Source: Octopus sinensis (taxonomy: Eukaryota). Taken from it: DNA of 64,000 bases. Positions within the stretch are counted from its first letter, which is position 1. Each line of letters begins with the position of its first letter. Positions 11,545 to 25,056 of this stretch are shown here, one piece after another. Location of the stretch: positions 22,444,001 through 22,508,000 of the forward strand of contig NC_043017.1 of NCBI RefSeq assembly GCF_006345805.1, read 5' to 3'. The position numbers and the translations under genes were made by a program. Under the pieces are notes generated by a model. It did no database searches. It saw only the letters and a list, made by a program, of their open reading frames with translations, and had not been told where the DNA came from.

Positions 11545-12400
11545 TGAACCAAAATTCTAGACCAAGTTCTGGACCAAAAACCAAGAAGACTTAAGAATAT
11601 TTAACTCGGTTTTAAACAACTTCAATAAAATTAACCATGGAACAAAACACCAAGGAATTATCATTTTTGGACATACTTCTAATTAAAGAAAATAACACTA
11701 TAAAAACAAACCTCTTCTACAAACCTACAGACACACACCGACATTTGAACTTTCATTCGTCCCGTCCCTCACCTTCCAAAAGAAACATACTATTTAATAT
11801 GGCAAAAAGAATCTGCACAATAGTAATCACAAGATTACAGGAATTAAAAATATTTCTAAAAAAACAAAAATATACCTATTTCTTTATTAGCCACAAGGGG
11901 CTAAACATAGAGGGGACAAACAAGGACAGACATAGGTATTAAGTCGATTACATCGACCCCAGTGCGTAACTGGTACTTTAATTTATCGACCCCGAAAGGA
12001 TGAAAGGCAAAGTCGACCTCGGCGGAATTTGAACTCAGAACGTAACGGCAGACGAAATACCGCAAAGCATTTCGCCTGGCGTGCTAACATTTCTGCCAGC
12101 TCACCGCCTTTAAAAGAACAAAAATATACCACTAGTTTAATTGATACAGCAATCACCAAAGCAAGAAACATCCCAACTACAACCCTCAGAGGAAAACAAA
12201 CACACAAAAATAAAAAATAAAAATGAACTCATAAGCGTTCCTTTTGTCATCATCCACAACCCAAGAAATCATGACATCATCAACACTGCAAAACGATACC
12301 TCCCAATCCTTCAACATTCAACAAGAATAAACCAATTAATAACAAACTCAAAAATAATTTGTAGCAGACAACAAGCATCCAACATAAAAAACTCCTAACC
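11545..12400 (+). mobile_element. Penelope-like element RT C-terminal/linker remnant (pseudogenised)
   Basis: Translation KELSFLDILLIKENNTIKTNLFYKPTDTHRHLNFHSSRPSPSKRNILFNMAKRICTIV matches the PLE RT thumb pattern (FLD...YKPT...L.F.S.HP); continues after the SINE as TTSLIDTAITKARNIP...VPFVIIHNP. Confidence 0.85.
11877..12110 (-). mobile_element. SINE family B inserted in the PLE ORF with a 20-bp TSD
   Basis: TAAAAAAACAAAAATATACC (11857-11876) and TAAAAGAACAAAAATATACC (12111-12130), 19/20 identical. Confidence 0.9.
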
Positions 12401-12477
12401 CCAGTCTATATATCTACCTTCTATATAATGTTATCAATTGATATGAAAATTATGTATTAATGGAAAACCTCTATAAA

Positions 12478-12561
12478 TGGCTGATGATTGCTCAACATTT
12501 TAAAACTGTTGTAATACTTACAATATTTAATAAAATGATGTTGCATGAACCGATCGTACCA
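12478..12561 (+). ncRNA. Degenerate hammerhead motif downstream of the PLE ORF (pLTR position)
   Basis: TGG-CTGATGA(12481-12487)-TTGC...GCAT-GAAC(GAAA expected)-CGATCGT-A-CCA. Confidence 0.65.
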
Positions 12562-13220
12562 AATTACCGAAGTTATTCTTGTTGCTTATTTTTTATTATA
12601 ACCACCCCATGGATTTATATGGATAACACCATACAAAATTCTAGTGCATCTTACTTAAGTACCATATTCATTTGAATCTAAATATATATATATATATATT
12701 AGGTCATCATAATTCTTCTATAGTCCATTCTATCACTATCCCTGTTATTTTAAATTTGTCAGTATCTTAGATACATGACTACATCAGAATTTGTTTTATT
12801 TTCACTTTGGAGAGAGAAAATATTAATACAGGAGACACAACTATAAAGTAAAGAAGTTTTTTTTCTCATTTTCTATGTATTGCCAGAAGACAGACCTCTT
12901 ATCAGCCATAACAATATAATAATTGAAGGTGGTTAAACAGCAAGTGTTTACAAGAAAAGTTGATAACTACGGTTTTAAGTGAGTCAATAATTTATACAGA
13001 GAAAGTAATAAGTTTCAGTTACATCATTCCTAAGAATCTGGTTTTGAGTTAAATTTGTTGCAGAAGTAGTGTGAAGCATATTTTCTTGAAATAAATTGTT
13101 TCTTTGTCATATGCAGAGTGTGAATGGGAAAATATTTCGCTATGAAGGAATCTGAGATATTGTAGATTTTTCCCCAGTAATTGTTCAAATGTGTCATTTA
13201 ATTGATAAAGTTACTCTCTC

Positions 13221-13620
13221 TACTCTTTTACTTGTTTCAGTCATTTGACTGCGGCCATGCTGGAGCACCGCCTTTAGTCGAGCAAATCGACCCCAAGACT
13301 TATTCTTTGTAGACCCAGTACTTATTCTATCGGTCTCTTTTGCCGAACCACTAAGTTACAGGGACGTAAACACACCAGCATCGGTTGTCAAGCAATGCTA
13401 GGGGGACAAACACAGACACACAAATATATACACACACATACATATATATATATACATATATACGACAGGCTTCTTTCAATTTCCGTCTACCAAATCCACT
13501 CACAAGCCATTGGTTGGCCCGAGGCTATAGCAGAAGACACTTGCCCAAGATGTCACGCAGTGGGACTGAACCCGGAACCATGTGGTTGGTAAGCAAGCTA
13601 CTTACCACACAGCCACTCCT
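13221..13620 (-). mobile_element. SINE family A, full length
   Basis: Reverse complement of the 11150-11538 family. Confidence 0.9.
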
Positions 13621-14029
13621 AAATTTTTCTTTAGTTTACTGTATCACTCTTACTGCTTAGTTCACTATCCCTGTGAGTCAGAGTGGTTGTTTCATGACAT
13701 CTCCATCACCATCCTCTAGGGCAATGCGTTTTCCATGACAATGTTTAACCGAAGATTTCATGAAACTGGACTGCCTTTCATTTCTTTAATTAATACCATT
13801 TGATTTGTATTTAAACAACAGAGAAAGATATAACGAATATGAGAGAAGAAATTGATAGAATGATTTTCCTAAGTTTTCTTATAGGATTACATTAAGTGTT
13901 AATTTATACATGGAGACCATGTGTGGAGTAAATGGAACAAATTATTAGAAACTGCTCACTGATTTGGTTCTACTGTTGGTGTTGTGATAATCACCAATTT
14001 TACATCTGATTTTCTTATGTCTACATGAA

Positions 14030-14700
14030 TTAGACAGGACTTCTCCAGCAAAGCATCTTATGACATAATTGCATTCCTATGCCATCCACCTCCTTTGAGA
14101 TCAGTCTTCCCACCACTACTCACATCCTCCTCAGTTGTCTTCTTCCACTAGTTTAATCCACATGAATGTCCTGGTACTTCCTCACTCCTTCGTCATCATC
14201 CAAATACGTTACATATTCATACTAGTATAACCACCACTCTCGCACAGTACAACTGATTCCTCTTACGCCCAGCTTTCCTCTCATTTATGCTTTGCCATTC
14301 ATGCAAACTAACATTACAGAGCTATCAAATCATGCTTACTTTGTTTCTTTAAAACCTTCGCATGCCTTCTGAATTCAGTGCCAACGCTGCATCACAGTTT
14401 GTACACAAGCATCATACAATCTACCTTCTGCTCAGAGAGGAAATCCCTTTGCTGTCAGAGGAAGTAATAACCCCATCATCATTTTTTCTGCCTGGTTCCA
14501 GTTCTAAGTACAACACATTCAAAAAACCCTCTTCCACTGCTGATTAGATCATCTAGTTACCAGAATTTCTCTACTATTTCTATAAATTCTACAGAGCCCT
14601 TTGAGCGTTAGAAAGAACATATTTTACAGGTGTTACCTTGAAGACAATCTAACCTGTACATCTACCATTAGTCATTATTCCTTGTCAGCCTATGTTTGAT
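14030..14700 (-). mobile_element. RTE-clade LINE 3' fragment, degenerate
   Basis: Reverse complement translates to LLPLTAKGFPL*AEGRLYDACVQTVMQ...KLGVRGISCTVR, the RTE post-RT pattern (GRLY.ACVR.AMLYGSETW...), with stops and frameshifts. Confidence 0.75.
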
Positions 14701-14872
14701 TCTGCTATCCATCTTATGCACCTATAGATCATTTTGGCACATCATATGAAATTTCAACTCCTGGAAACTCCATCATATAGAACTTCTGTGCTATACACTG
14801 AGCATGGCCATTTTTTTTTTTTTTTTTGTGTGCTGGTGCTAGCATTCTGTCTTCTTTCCTACTTACTGAAAC

Positions 14873-14970
14873 AATAATCTTCACTACATTTATGCTGAGG
14901 CCTCTTGATTCTAGAGGTATTATTTCCATTTCATCTGGAATTTCTATCCTAAATCTTCCACAGTCTCTGC
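14873..14970 (-). CDS. Possible internal exon, unidentified (RDCGRFRIEIPDEMEIIPLESRGLSINVVKIIVS)
   Basis: cttttag| acceptor, open frame, strong donor TCA|GTAAGT; no homology recognised. Confidence 0.3.
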
Positions 14971-15099
14971 TAAAAGATCTAGGTCACCAGCATGTTGGTT
15001 TTTACATACATGAAATGCATAAGATCCAAACATACACATGCAACTGTGTGTATTAGAAAGGAAGAATGAAAGAGAAAAAGAAACAGAAAGAAAGAATGA

Positions 15100-15101
15100 A
15101 C

Positions 15102-15165
<64 letters not shown>

Positions 15166-15184
15166 GGTAGACAGATAGGTAGAC

Positions 15185-15231
<47 letters not shown>

Positions 15232-15267
15232 CAGATAGGTAGATAGATAGATAGAGAGACAGATAGG

Positions 15268-15303
<36 letters not shown>

Positions 15304-15312
15304 CAGAGAGAC

Positions 15313-15351
<39 letters not shown>

Positions 15352-15375
15352 AGACAGACAGACAGACAGACAGAC

Positions 15376-15425
<50 letters not shown>
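15100..15425. repeat. (GATA)n/(GACA)n tetranucleotide microsatellite
   Basis: Directly visible. Confidence 0.97.
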
Positions 15426-15426
<1 letters not shown>

Positions 15427-16295
15427 GTTGCCTGCCTCATACGTTTATTAATTTATTTATTGGTAGATATTATTCTTCCACATTTTTTTTCATAATTTTT
15501 AATATCCTATGCTGCAATATTATTTTCTCCCGTTACATTATCTTTTTTATCTTCTGGTAAAGGTTAAGCTTATCTAATGCACATCTTCATACAAAAGTAT
15601 CTGAGTCAGTGACTGTAACTTTCAGAATATGATTTTATTGCAGGCCAACACTTGGTAGCAACAGGTTGCATAAAAAGTATATAACCATTTATTCCTCAAA
15701 CAGATGTTTTATTGTCTTATGTGTTTATGAATTAATTTACATTTGTTAATAATGGATATTAAATTTTTAGTCCTACTACAAATATATCTAGCTGAGAGCA
15801 TGTGTAGAAAAATAGATATATATAGATACGTGTGTATTTGTTGCAGACACATACGTATATATATTTATATATATATATACATACTTATATATACATACAT
15901 ATATATATACATACATATATATATACATACATATATATGTATACATACATATATATATATATACATATATATGTATACATACATACATATATACATACAT
16001 ATATACATACATATATACATATACATACATATATACATACATATATACACATATATATACATACACATTTACATATACATACATATATACATATACATAC
16101 ACATGTGCATATATATATATGCATATACATATATGCACACATATATACACACACAGAAACACATGCAGTGAGAGATAAACAGTGAAGTTGAGTATATATT
16201 TTTCTCTCTATATATATATATGTATATATATGTATGTGTGTAATTGATGGGAGAGTCCATCATATATATATATATATAATATATGTGTGTGTATG

Positions 16296-16332
<37 letters not shown>

Positions 16333-17014
16333 TTTTTCCATCTTCTTCTATATTAGATATATATAATTAATATCCCTTGGTAGTGTGTGAACAGCTCTGT
16401 TTAAATGCAACTGGTACATGTGCTTTTAGCAATCTAAATTAAGATTTTTAATTTAGACAATCATTTTAGTGACATCACTTTTGTGCAGTGGTTAGCACAT
16501 CCACACAGCATAAAGCAAAAGTAACAGTCAAATCCTGCAAGTGGCTTATTTTTTCTTTCCTCCTCTATGTTATATATAAATATGTGTGTGTGTGTGTGTG
16601 TAAGTAAATGTGTTCTGTCCCTTACTTTCACTTTCATTCTCTTTATTTCACTTTCATTCTCTTTATTTCACTTATAACCTGAAGTAATACCATTCACGTT
16701 CAGATTAATAACATATTTGAATGCGCACTTGTAACAATTTTATTCTGTGATAGTGGAATTATTTTTTATGCCACTTAAGACTCTCGTCATATTTTCACAC
16801 ATGTACCTGCTTTTAACTTGCAATAATACCTACAGGTGCTAATATATATTCGTACGCATATATCTGTGTGCATGCATCTCTATAGATATGCGTGTGTTTG
16901 TGTGTCTATGAGTTTGCGTGTCTGTGTGTGTACTTACATAGAGACATAATTTCTATCTATACAAATATACATGCCCTACATGAATTCATAAGACTCTGTC
17001 CCTCTTTGTGTACA

Positions 17015-17205
17015 TCAACTGGTCTCAACCAGGGTCCACATAAAATATTTTCACAATCTTTTAAATTTTAAATACAATTCTTAATAATATTTAATTATAA
17101 AGATGTAATAGGATTTTTTAGATCATCAAATGGCCATAAGGGTCCACTGAAGTAAAATAGGAATCAAATGATTCCACAGGTAAAAAATGGTTGAGAACTA
17201 TTAAT
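17015..17205. mobile_element. hAT-like MITE, degenerate
   Basis: Left end C.ACTGGTCTCAACCAGGGTCC, right end GGTTGAGAACTA; a related left end CAGTGGTTCTCAAACAGGGTCC occurs at 53812. Confidence 0.55.
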
Positions 17206-17432
17206 GTATTAATAATTCACCAATGCAGTGTTGAGTGCATCTTTTGACTGTTCAATATTAATGCATATATATATAATAGATATTATATATATATACAAAA
17301 TACGGGGTAATTTAAATGATTAGGTACACTAGGTAAGTGCTGTAATGGACTACTAGGTCTCCAAGGTTATAACCAAGACAGTTGTTATAGAGCCATTGCA
17401 GATTTCCAACATAGCAGATATGTAATTTTTAA

Positions 17433-17642
17433 GAGGACAACAAACGTTAAGGCAAGGCAAATATCTCAAGTCATATGCATTATTATTATTATTATTACAA
17501 AAAATTCAAAGCGTTACAGCTGTTTCTGGGATATCCCAGAGTATGGGATATTCTGTCATCAGAGACAAGTAGGGAAATTTTTCAATAATAATAAATGTAT
17601 ATGACTTGAGATATTTGCCTTGCCTTAGCATTTGTTGTCCTC
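17433..17642. repeat. Fold-back inverted repeat with a degenerate hammerhead motif in the loop (minus strand 17511-17570)
   Basis: Arms GAGGACAACAAAC...TCATATGCATT / AATGTATATGA...TTTGTTGTCCTC; loop reverse complement CTGATGA-cagaATATCCCA tactc TGGGATATccca-GAAACAGCTGTA. Confidence 0.75.
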
Positions 17643-17961
17643 ATTAACAATTATATATATATATAGTCATGGCTGTTATATGCAATATAAAATAAAGACA
17701 AGGCACATATACACATACATGTATGTATCAAAGCAATAGGATTCTTTTCAGTTTCCCTCTATCAAAATCACTTACAAGATATTAGATTGCCCAAAACTCA
17801 AGTAGAAGACACTTGCTCAAGGTGTCTGTACAGTAGGACTACTTGGTTGCAAAATATTCTTTTTAGCCAGAAATCTGTGTATGTTTCATGTACATATATA
17901 TTGTATATGTATGCATGTATGTATGTATGTATGTATGTATGTATGTATGTATGTATGTGTG

Positions 17962-18015
<54 letters not shown>

Positions 18016-18620
18016 GAAAGTTTACGAAAATAAACAAAAGACGAAGGCAGGTGGTGTACAAACAAACAGTGTTGTTAGTTATAGCACTCAGGAATAGAAA
18101 AAGACTTTTACGTTTTGAGCCTATGCTCTTCTACCAAAAGGGACAATGTATGTATGTATCATATGATCAATCAGACTATCGGATGTTGTTATATATCACT
18201 AGTCACAATGCGCTTTACATCATTTTAGCTTTCAAATGATGCCACCCCATTAGTTAGGTGACCAGACCAACATTCCCCAATCAAAAGGCTAGTACATTGG
18301 AGGGTTACCCATTTACACCCAAGCTGACTAGAGCAACATGAAATGATATGCTTTGCAAAAGAATACATGCCACTCAGTCTGGGAATCAGCCACATGAGCT
18401 AGCAATCATGAGTGCAACATCTTAACTACCTGATCACATGAATGCCTTCATATCATATATCTACATATATATTATATATTATATATTATAAATAAACAAT
18501 AATAAATATTAAGGGATAAATCATAATTTACAGGGAACTAAAAACAAATGGAGCAATTTAGGAAAAAATCGATGTCGGATTAAATCCATTTTATAGTAAA
18601 ATATTATATAATATTAATCG

Positions 18621-18915
18621 GAGACAAAACCACTATTTGCAAAAACAAACAAGGAAAGACTTAATCAATACATAAAAAATTTTAATATAAAGAAATAAAC
18701 CGCCACTACAATCGTTCATGTCTTCAATGACATTGTCAGGTGGATTTTCGATCTCCTAATCTGTTATTAAAAAAGATTAGGAGATCGAAAATCACCTGAC
18801 GAATGTCATTGAAGACATGAAATGATTGTAGTGGCGGTTTATTTCTTTATATTAAAAATTTTTATGTATTGATTAAGTCTTTCCTGTTTGTTTTGCAAAA
18901 TAGTGGTTTTGTCTC
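18621..18915. mobile_element. PLE-derived fold-back element, ~142 bp arms, 11 nt loop
   Basis: 18621-18762 is the reverse complement of 18774-18915. Confidence 0.9.
18792..18834 (+). ncRNA. Type I hammerhead ribozyme motif
   Basis: TCAC-CTGACGA(18796-18802)-ATGTC ATTGAA GACAT-GAAA(18819-18822)-TGATTGT-A(18830)-GTGG; stem III is a CpG-decayed ACGATCGT. Confidence 0.75.
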
Positions 18916-19945
18916 GAATTAAATTGATATATATTATATATATATTATATATATATATGTAGGTCCCGGTTGATTGGGGGTTAACCACAGTAAATAAGGT
19001 ACTCAATACATAGCAGAGTAAAATTAATTTATTAGATAGAAGGCGTTCTACAGGACTAGAACTGTTTCATTCAAGAGAAATCTTCAGAGTATCTGTTTGT
19101 AGCAGTCCTTCTATATAATAAATATATATATATATATATATATATATGAATGCATGCACATATAGTGTGTGTCAGGCTATTTAGAACTTTCCTGATTTTA
19201 CACTTCTTATTGTAGATATCCAATAAAATAAAAATAAGTAATTATCAAAAATAGTGATTATTTATATTACAAAAAAAAAAAAAATAGGAGTTTAATTAAA
19301 TGGAGCAATAAATATTGCAAGGTGAAGTCTCCAGCTTTAAATTTCACTGCTGACAAGTTTATTGTAGGACTGAAAACACCAAGATATATTAGAGTAATGA
19401 AGCTACTGAACCTAAATTATTTTTCTTTTTAATCCCAACCCCTTGTGTGTGTGTGTGTGTGTGTGTGTGCCTGTGTGTAGTAATCTTTGAAGTGATCAAA
19501 GAGTGAGCTTGCTCGCTTAAGAAGTGTGCTTGTTTTTTTGAAGAATTCATAGTTGTGCTTTTTATATGATCGTGTGTCACAGTAAAAATAAAACTTCTAT
19601 GTAAATACAGGTATGTGCATTTGAATATGAAGAAGTAGATGTGTGTGTCTGTGTGTGTGTGCATGCACATATGTACACACATTCAATGACTCCCTCTTTC
19701 ATATGGCACATATATATATATATATATGTATGTATATAATATATGTTAAATAATATATATATATATAATATATATATAATGTACATAAATATATAATTAT
19801 ATATGTACATAAATATATATATGTACGTAAATAATATATATCTATATATTATATATATTATATATATTGTATGTATGTAAATATATATGTAAGTATATAT
19901 ATATATATATATGTATGTATGTAAATATATATATATATGTAAATA

Positions 19946-19983
<38 letters not shown>

Positions 19984-20961
19984 TTGTGTTATTCTTAAAA
20001 TTTTATACAGTGTAATACACATTTACCACACATTCAAATGAACAAAGTAGCCAAACCCATCCATGTTCAGCTTATGTCAGGTGTTGTATGTATGGACGGA
20101 CAGCTCACAACATATGCTAAAGTACACACATTCCTTTGCAGACACACACACACAGACACCACATTTCTATAGATACATCCATACAAATCCATACTCACAT
20201 AAAGATAATGTGTACACAGACACATCAACATACAGCTACGCATATAGAAATAATATGACACATATATTTAAATTATGTACACATATACGCACTCATAAAA
20301 TGCCACACGTATCCACTACTCATATAAGCACTGATAACTATAAATTACTTCAGTTTCTTTCTATCAGATTCCTGTAGGAGCCTGCATTGGCTTTATCAGA
20401 ATATGAGATTTATTAAAGGGGAAAGCAACAATCCAAGTCTCGGCTGTAGTTCTGTCTGTCTGCTAAGAATGGAACTGGATCCTGCTAGACATTTTTGCAC
20501 TGAATCAAATCCCAATCAACAGAGAACTGCAAGATGATGATGAGGGGGGCGGGGAGTAATGAGGACAGTATGGGGGGGCACAGACAGAGCAGCATCAGCC
20601 AGGCAAATGAATGCAATCACAAAACTGTCCATCCATCTGAAAGTAATATAGTGAAAGTGTATTGCCAGTGACGACGGCTGTTGAGGGGTAAGAAGGGTAC
20701 TTTGATAGCAGCGGGAGGGGGGGGGAGGAAGAAAACAAGAAAAGAAAAACAAACACATAAATGAAACATAGTAAAAAGAAACACAAGTAAGGAGGTGGAA
20801 GGATAAGAGCAACAACAGCAATAACAAAAAGACCAAACCAATCATTATATTCATCTCCACCTGAATAATCCTGATATTAAATAAATTTCTACTAAAATGG
20901 ATTTTTTATTTCTATTACCTCAAATCACTGTTTTTTTGTTTTTTTTATTATATAGTATGTG

Positions 20962-21016
<55 letters not shown>

Positions 21017-21101
21017 TTGGGTACAAATGTGTATAATATATATGTGTGGGGGTCTGCATATTTATATAATTTCATTCAATCACAAGCCAAATATATATAT
21101 A

Positions 21102-21139
<38 letters not shown>

Positions 21140-21894
21140 TATATATACATACTACATATAATATACATATATATATACATATTATGTATATATATACATA
21201 CACACACACACACACATATATATATATAAATAGACACATACATATATGTAAACATTTATCAGTGAGTGTATATATATATGTGTATGCAGGTGGGTGCATG
21301 TATATACACATGCACACACACACACACACACATATATACATATATTTAATGACAAACTAAATATATACGTATGCGTGTGCGTGAGTGTGTGTGTGAGTGA
21401 GAGAGTGAGTGAGTGTACATGTATTGCATACACAAGCACATACATACAATCATTTTCGATTCTTCTTAAATTGACATGGAATTTCTGTGGTGAGCCTTTT
21501 ACAGATCAACTGCTGCATTTAGCAATATTGACATATCATTGAAGAAATAAGTCACTTTCAGCATTAGGTATTCACCCAAAGTTTCCCTCTCTCCCTCTCT
21601 CCCTTCCTTCCCCTCTCCCTTTCTTTCTCTCTATCTCTTCTATTTATTTCCCTTCCAGTAATTGATTTTCGGAAGGAAGTGTCTTGTTTATTTAGAACAT
21701 CTATTAGTCAGCCTTCAAGATGCTCCCTGTTTCCTCGCACTGGCTATTAAAGTAGTAGATATATCAATCTATAACGAATGCTTAATTTTGTTCTGTCCTA
21801 GGACAGGGGTGTTACCAAAAGTTTATGGGAGAACCAGTTACATTATAAATAAAAAAAAAATACAATTTCAAACAAAAAAAAAATATAATAATAA

Positions 21895-22302
21895 GGCGCA
21901 GGAGTGGCTGTGTGGTATGTAGCTTGTCTACCAACCACATGGTTCCGGGTTCAGTCCCACTGCGTGGCACCTTGGGCAAGTGTCTTCTACTATAGCCTCG
22001 GGCCGACCAAAGGTTTGTCTGTGGATTTGGTAGACGGAAACTGAAAGAAGCCTGTCATATATATGTATATATGTATGTGTTTGCGTGTGTGTTTGTGTGT
22101 CTGTGTTTGTCCCCCTAGCATTGCTTGACAACCGATTCTGGTGTGTTTATGTCCCCGTTACTTAGCGGTTCGGCAAAAGAGACCGATAGAATAAGTACTG
22201 GGCTTACAAAAGAATAAGTCCCGGGGTCGAGTTGCTCGACTAAAGGCGGTGCTCCAGCATGGCCGCAGTCAGATGACTGAAACAAGTAAAAGAGTAAAAG
22301 AG
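21895..22302 (+). mobile_element. SINE family A, full length
   Basis: GGCGCAGGAGTGGCTGTGTGG head through AAACAAGTAAAAGAGTAAAAGAG tail. Confidence 0.9.
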
Positions 22303-23620
22303 AAAAGAATAAACTATTAACAGAAACAGATTAATGTGCCACTCTCCTATTGCGGTGATGATGAAGTTTGGAGCTGCACTTTTCATTGTCCAATCCAATC
22401 TGAAGAACTTGATTTAAAAATTAAAAAAATTCCATAAAAACAACAGTTTAAATAGTTGGATAAATTGTACTTTTATATTCTAGCAATTCCACTATTACCA
22501 TTGTTTGTTTTGTTTTTATTACATTTTTATAAAATTCTTTTACTCATTTTTTTTTTGTTTCTGTTCGTAATTATGCACCTAAAATATGTTGAATCATAAC
22601 AGTACATAGACTTATGGCCATGTGTGTGTGCATACACATACATACAAATACGTATACATATATACACAGACAGACAGACAGACACACACACACACAATAT
22701 TACACATAATATATATATATATATATATATATACATAGTTATATATATAACATATTATATATATATATATATTATATATATATATATATAAATTACTAGG
22801 AAGAGGGTTGCATGGTGTTCAGTCATATAAATATAAATAAAATAATATATATATATATATATATGCAATATATATATATATATATCTATATAGATATATA
22901 TATATACACATATATGTATGCACATATAATATATATATATATATACATATATTATATATGCACACCACATATACATGCATATTTACATACACAAATTTAT
23001 ACACATTTGTATACACATGCATACGCGCACACACACATACACATATATATATACACACAGCCATATACATGCATATTTCATTTATATATATTCATGTACA
23101 TATACATGTGTGTATGCATGTATGCATATCTGTATGTATACGTATGTATTATTCATTTCTGTGTAACATTCATGCAGCTACACATATTTGCATGGAACAT
23201 TTTGTTGCTTATTAAAATACAATTACATATGCAGGCATGTAGATTATTAGATCATGTGTAGATAACTAATCACATGTTCATTGGTCGATGAGTTTATGCT
23301 GAGAGTTAATTGCATTTAAACATTCAAAAGTACCTCTGCATGTGTGTGTGTATGTGTGTGTGTGCATATGAGTGCACACAAAATATTTCTACATACACAT
23401 ATACACACATATGTGGGTACAGGGACATATATTTTGGCATCAGTGCACATATACATTAAATATGCATGTAAATAAATATATATATTAATAGTGTGTGTGT
23501 GGTGTGTGGTGTGTGGTGTGTGTATGTATGTGTATATATATATATATATGTGTGTTATATATATATATTATATATTATATATATATGTGTGTGTGTGTGT
23601 GTTGTATGTATATATAAATA

Positions 23621-23661
<41 letters not shown>

Positions 23662-24077
23662 TAAAATATAAATACAAATATATATATACATATATATGTA
23701 TATATATATATTTATATATATATATATATTTGAAACGACTTTAGACAGACATATATATATAATATTTGTAAACAAACCCAAAGGCCTTATAAGTTACAGA
23801 GATAGAGTGACTATGGAAATCCCTAAGTACAATAATTATATGTAGTATTGTATAGTTAAAGTATATATTCATAAAATTTGGTTGAAATTGATGGGTGAGC
23901 ATCTGGCCCAATCAGATGCATATGAAGCCATGTTAGTGTTGATATGTGGATTCGATTCTGGTCTTGGTTAACTAATCATTTTTTAGTCAATTGTTTACAT
24001 AAAAATTGTCACATTAAAGTGGAGTATATATATTATTATTATGATGATATTATTATATAGCTACATATATATATTAC

Positions 24078-24845
24078 TCTTTTATTTGTTTCAGTCATTT
24101 GACTGCAGACATGCTGGAGCACCACCTTTAGTCAAACAAATCAACTCCAGGACTTATTCTTTGTAAGCCTAGTACTTATTCTATCAGTCTCTTTTGCCGA
24201 ACTGCTATGTTACAGGGAAGTAAAAACACCAGCAGTGATTGTTAAACATTAGTGGGGGGGGGACAAACACAGATATACAAACATATACAAACATACATAC
24301 ATGCGTACATATATATATATATATATAGAAATCAAATATAAAATAAATTACAAAGTGGGACAAGAACGCAAAAACACACAAAGAGACGACACAAAAAAAC
24401 AGACGGGTCACTCGAAGCCTCTAATCTTCAGTTGGAACCGGAACATCTTAGTAATTTCGAGATTAAACAGCCGAAATGCTAAGATGATCCGGTTCCGACT
24501 GAAGATTAGAGGCTTCGAGTGACCCGTCTGTTTTTTGTGTCGTCTTCTTTGTGTGTTTTGCGTTCTTGTCCCACTTTGTAATTTTATTTTATATTTTATA
24601 TTTGATTTCTATATATATATTAAGGCGGCGTAACGTACCCCTATTTCCTATATATATATATATATATATATATAATTATTAATAATAGTAGGGAATATAA
24701 AATTCCAAAGTTACAGGGAAAATTCAATTTAGCAATACTAAATCAAATTTCAATATACAATATATGTTTATAATTAAGAGAAATTTCATTTAGTGATTTT
24801 TAGAATATCTTTCACTATTGAATTACTTAATAAAGGTTATTTCTC

Positions 24846-24885
<40 letters not shown>

Positions 24886-25056
24886 CACACACACATACAC
24901 GACAGGCTTCTTTCAGTTTCTGTCTACTAAATTCACTCACAAGGCTTTGGTCAGCCTGAGGCTATAGTGGAAGACACATACCCAAAGTGCCACACAGTGG
25001 GACTGAACCCAGAACCATGTGGTTAGTAAGCAAGCTACTTACCATGCAGCCACTCT
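24078..25056 (-). mobile_element. SINE family A split by ~600 bp of nested fold-back/PLE-like sequence
   Basis: 3' half 24078-24290, 5' half 24900-25056; the intervening region lies in the SINE's (TA)n tract. Confidence 0.8.
24325..24612. repeat. Fold-back inverted repeat, ~135 bp arms
   Basis: ATAGAAATCAAATATAAAATAAATTACAAAGTGGGAC... mirrored by ...GTCCCACTTTGTAATTTTATTTTATATTTTATATTTGATTTCTAT. Confidence 0.95.

Noticed and set aside
16626-16678. Minus-strand exon-like 53 bp (ttcag|...|gtaagg) that would read VISEIKRMKVK if one copy of a 20-bp tandem repeat were removed
   Set aside because: As assembled, all frames contain stops; too short to support a disrupted-exon claim.
18095-18145. 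GAGC-GTAG-GCTC-GAAACGTA hairpin family (also ~25150 and ~61270, minus strand) resembling a hammerhead 3' half
   Set aside because: The upstream heptamer is TGTCGAA-like rather than CUGANGA, and the copies are degenerate.
19035-19095. Minus-strand CTGAAGA-TTTCTCTTGAAT-GAAACAG motif
   Set aside because: Stems I and III do not pair as assembled; at most a decayed HHR.
20368-20540. Plus-strand 56-codon frame after a pyrimidine tract (SCRSLHWLYQNMRF...)
   Set aside because: No donor or homology; could be chance.
24490-24530. CTGAAGA in the arms of the 24325 hairpin
   Set aside because: No GAAA at the required position, so not a hammerhead.
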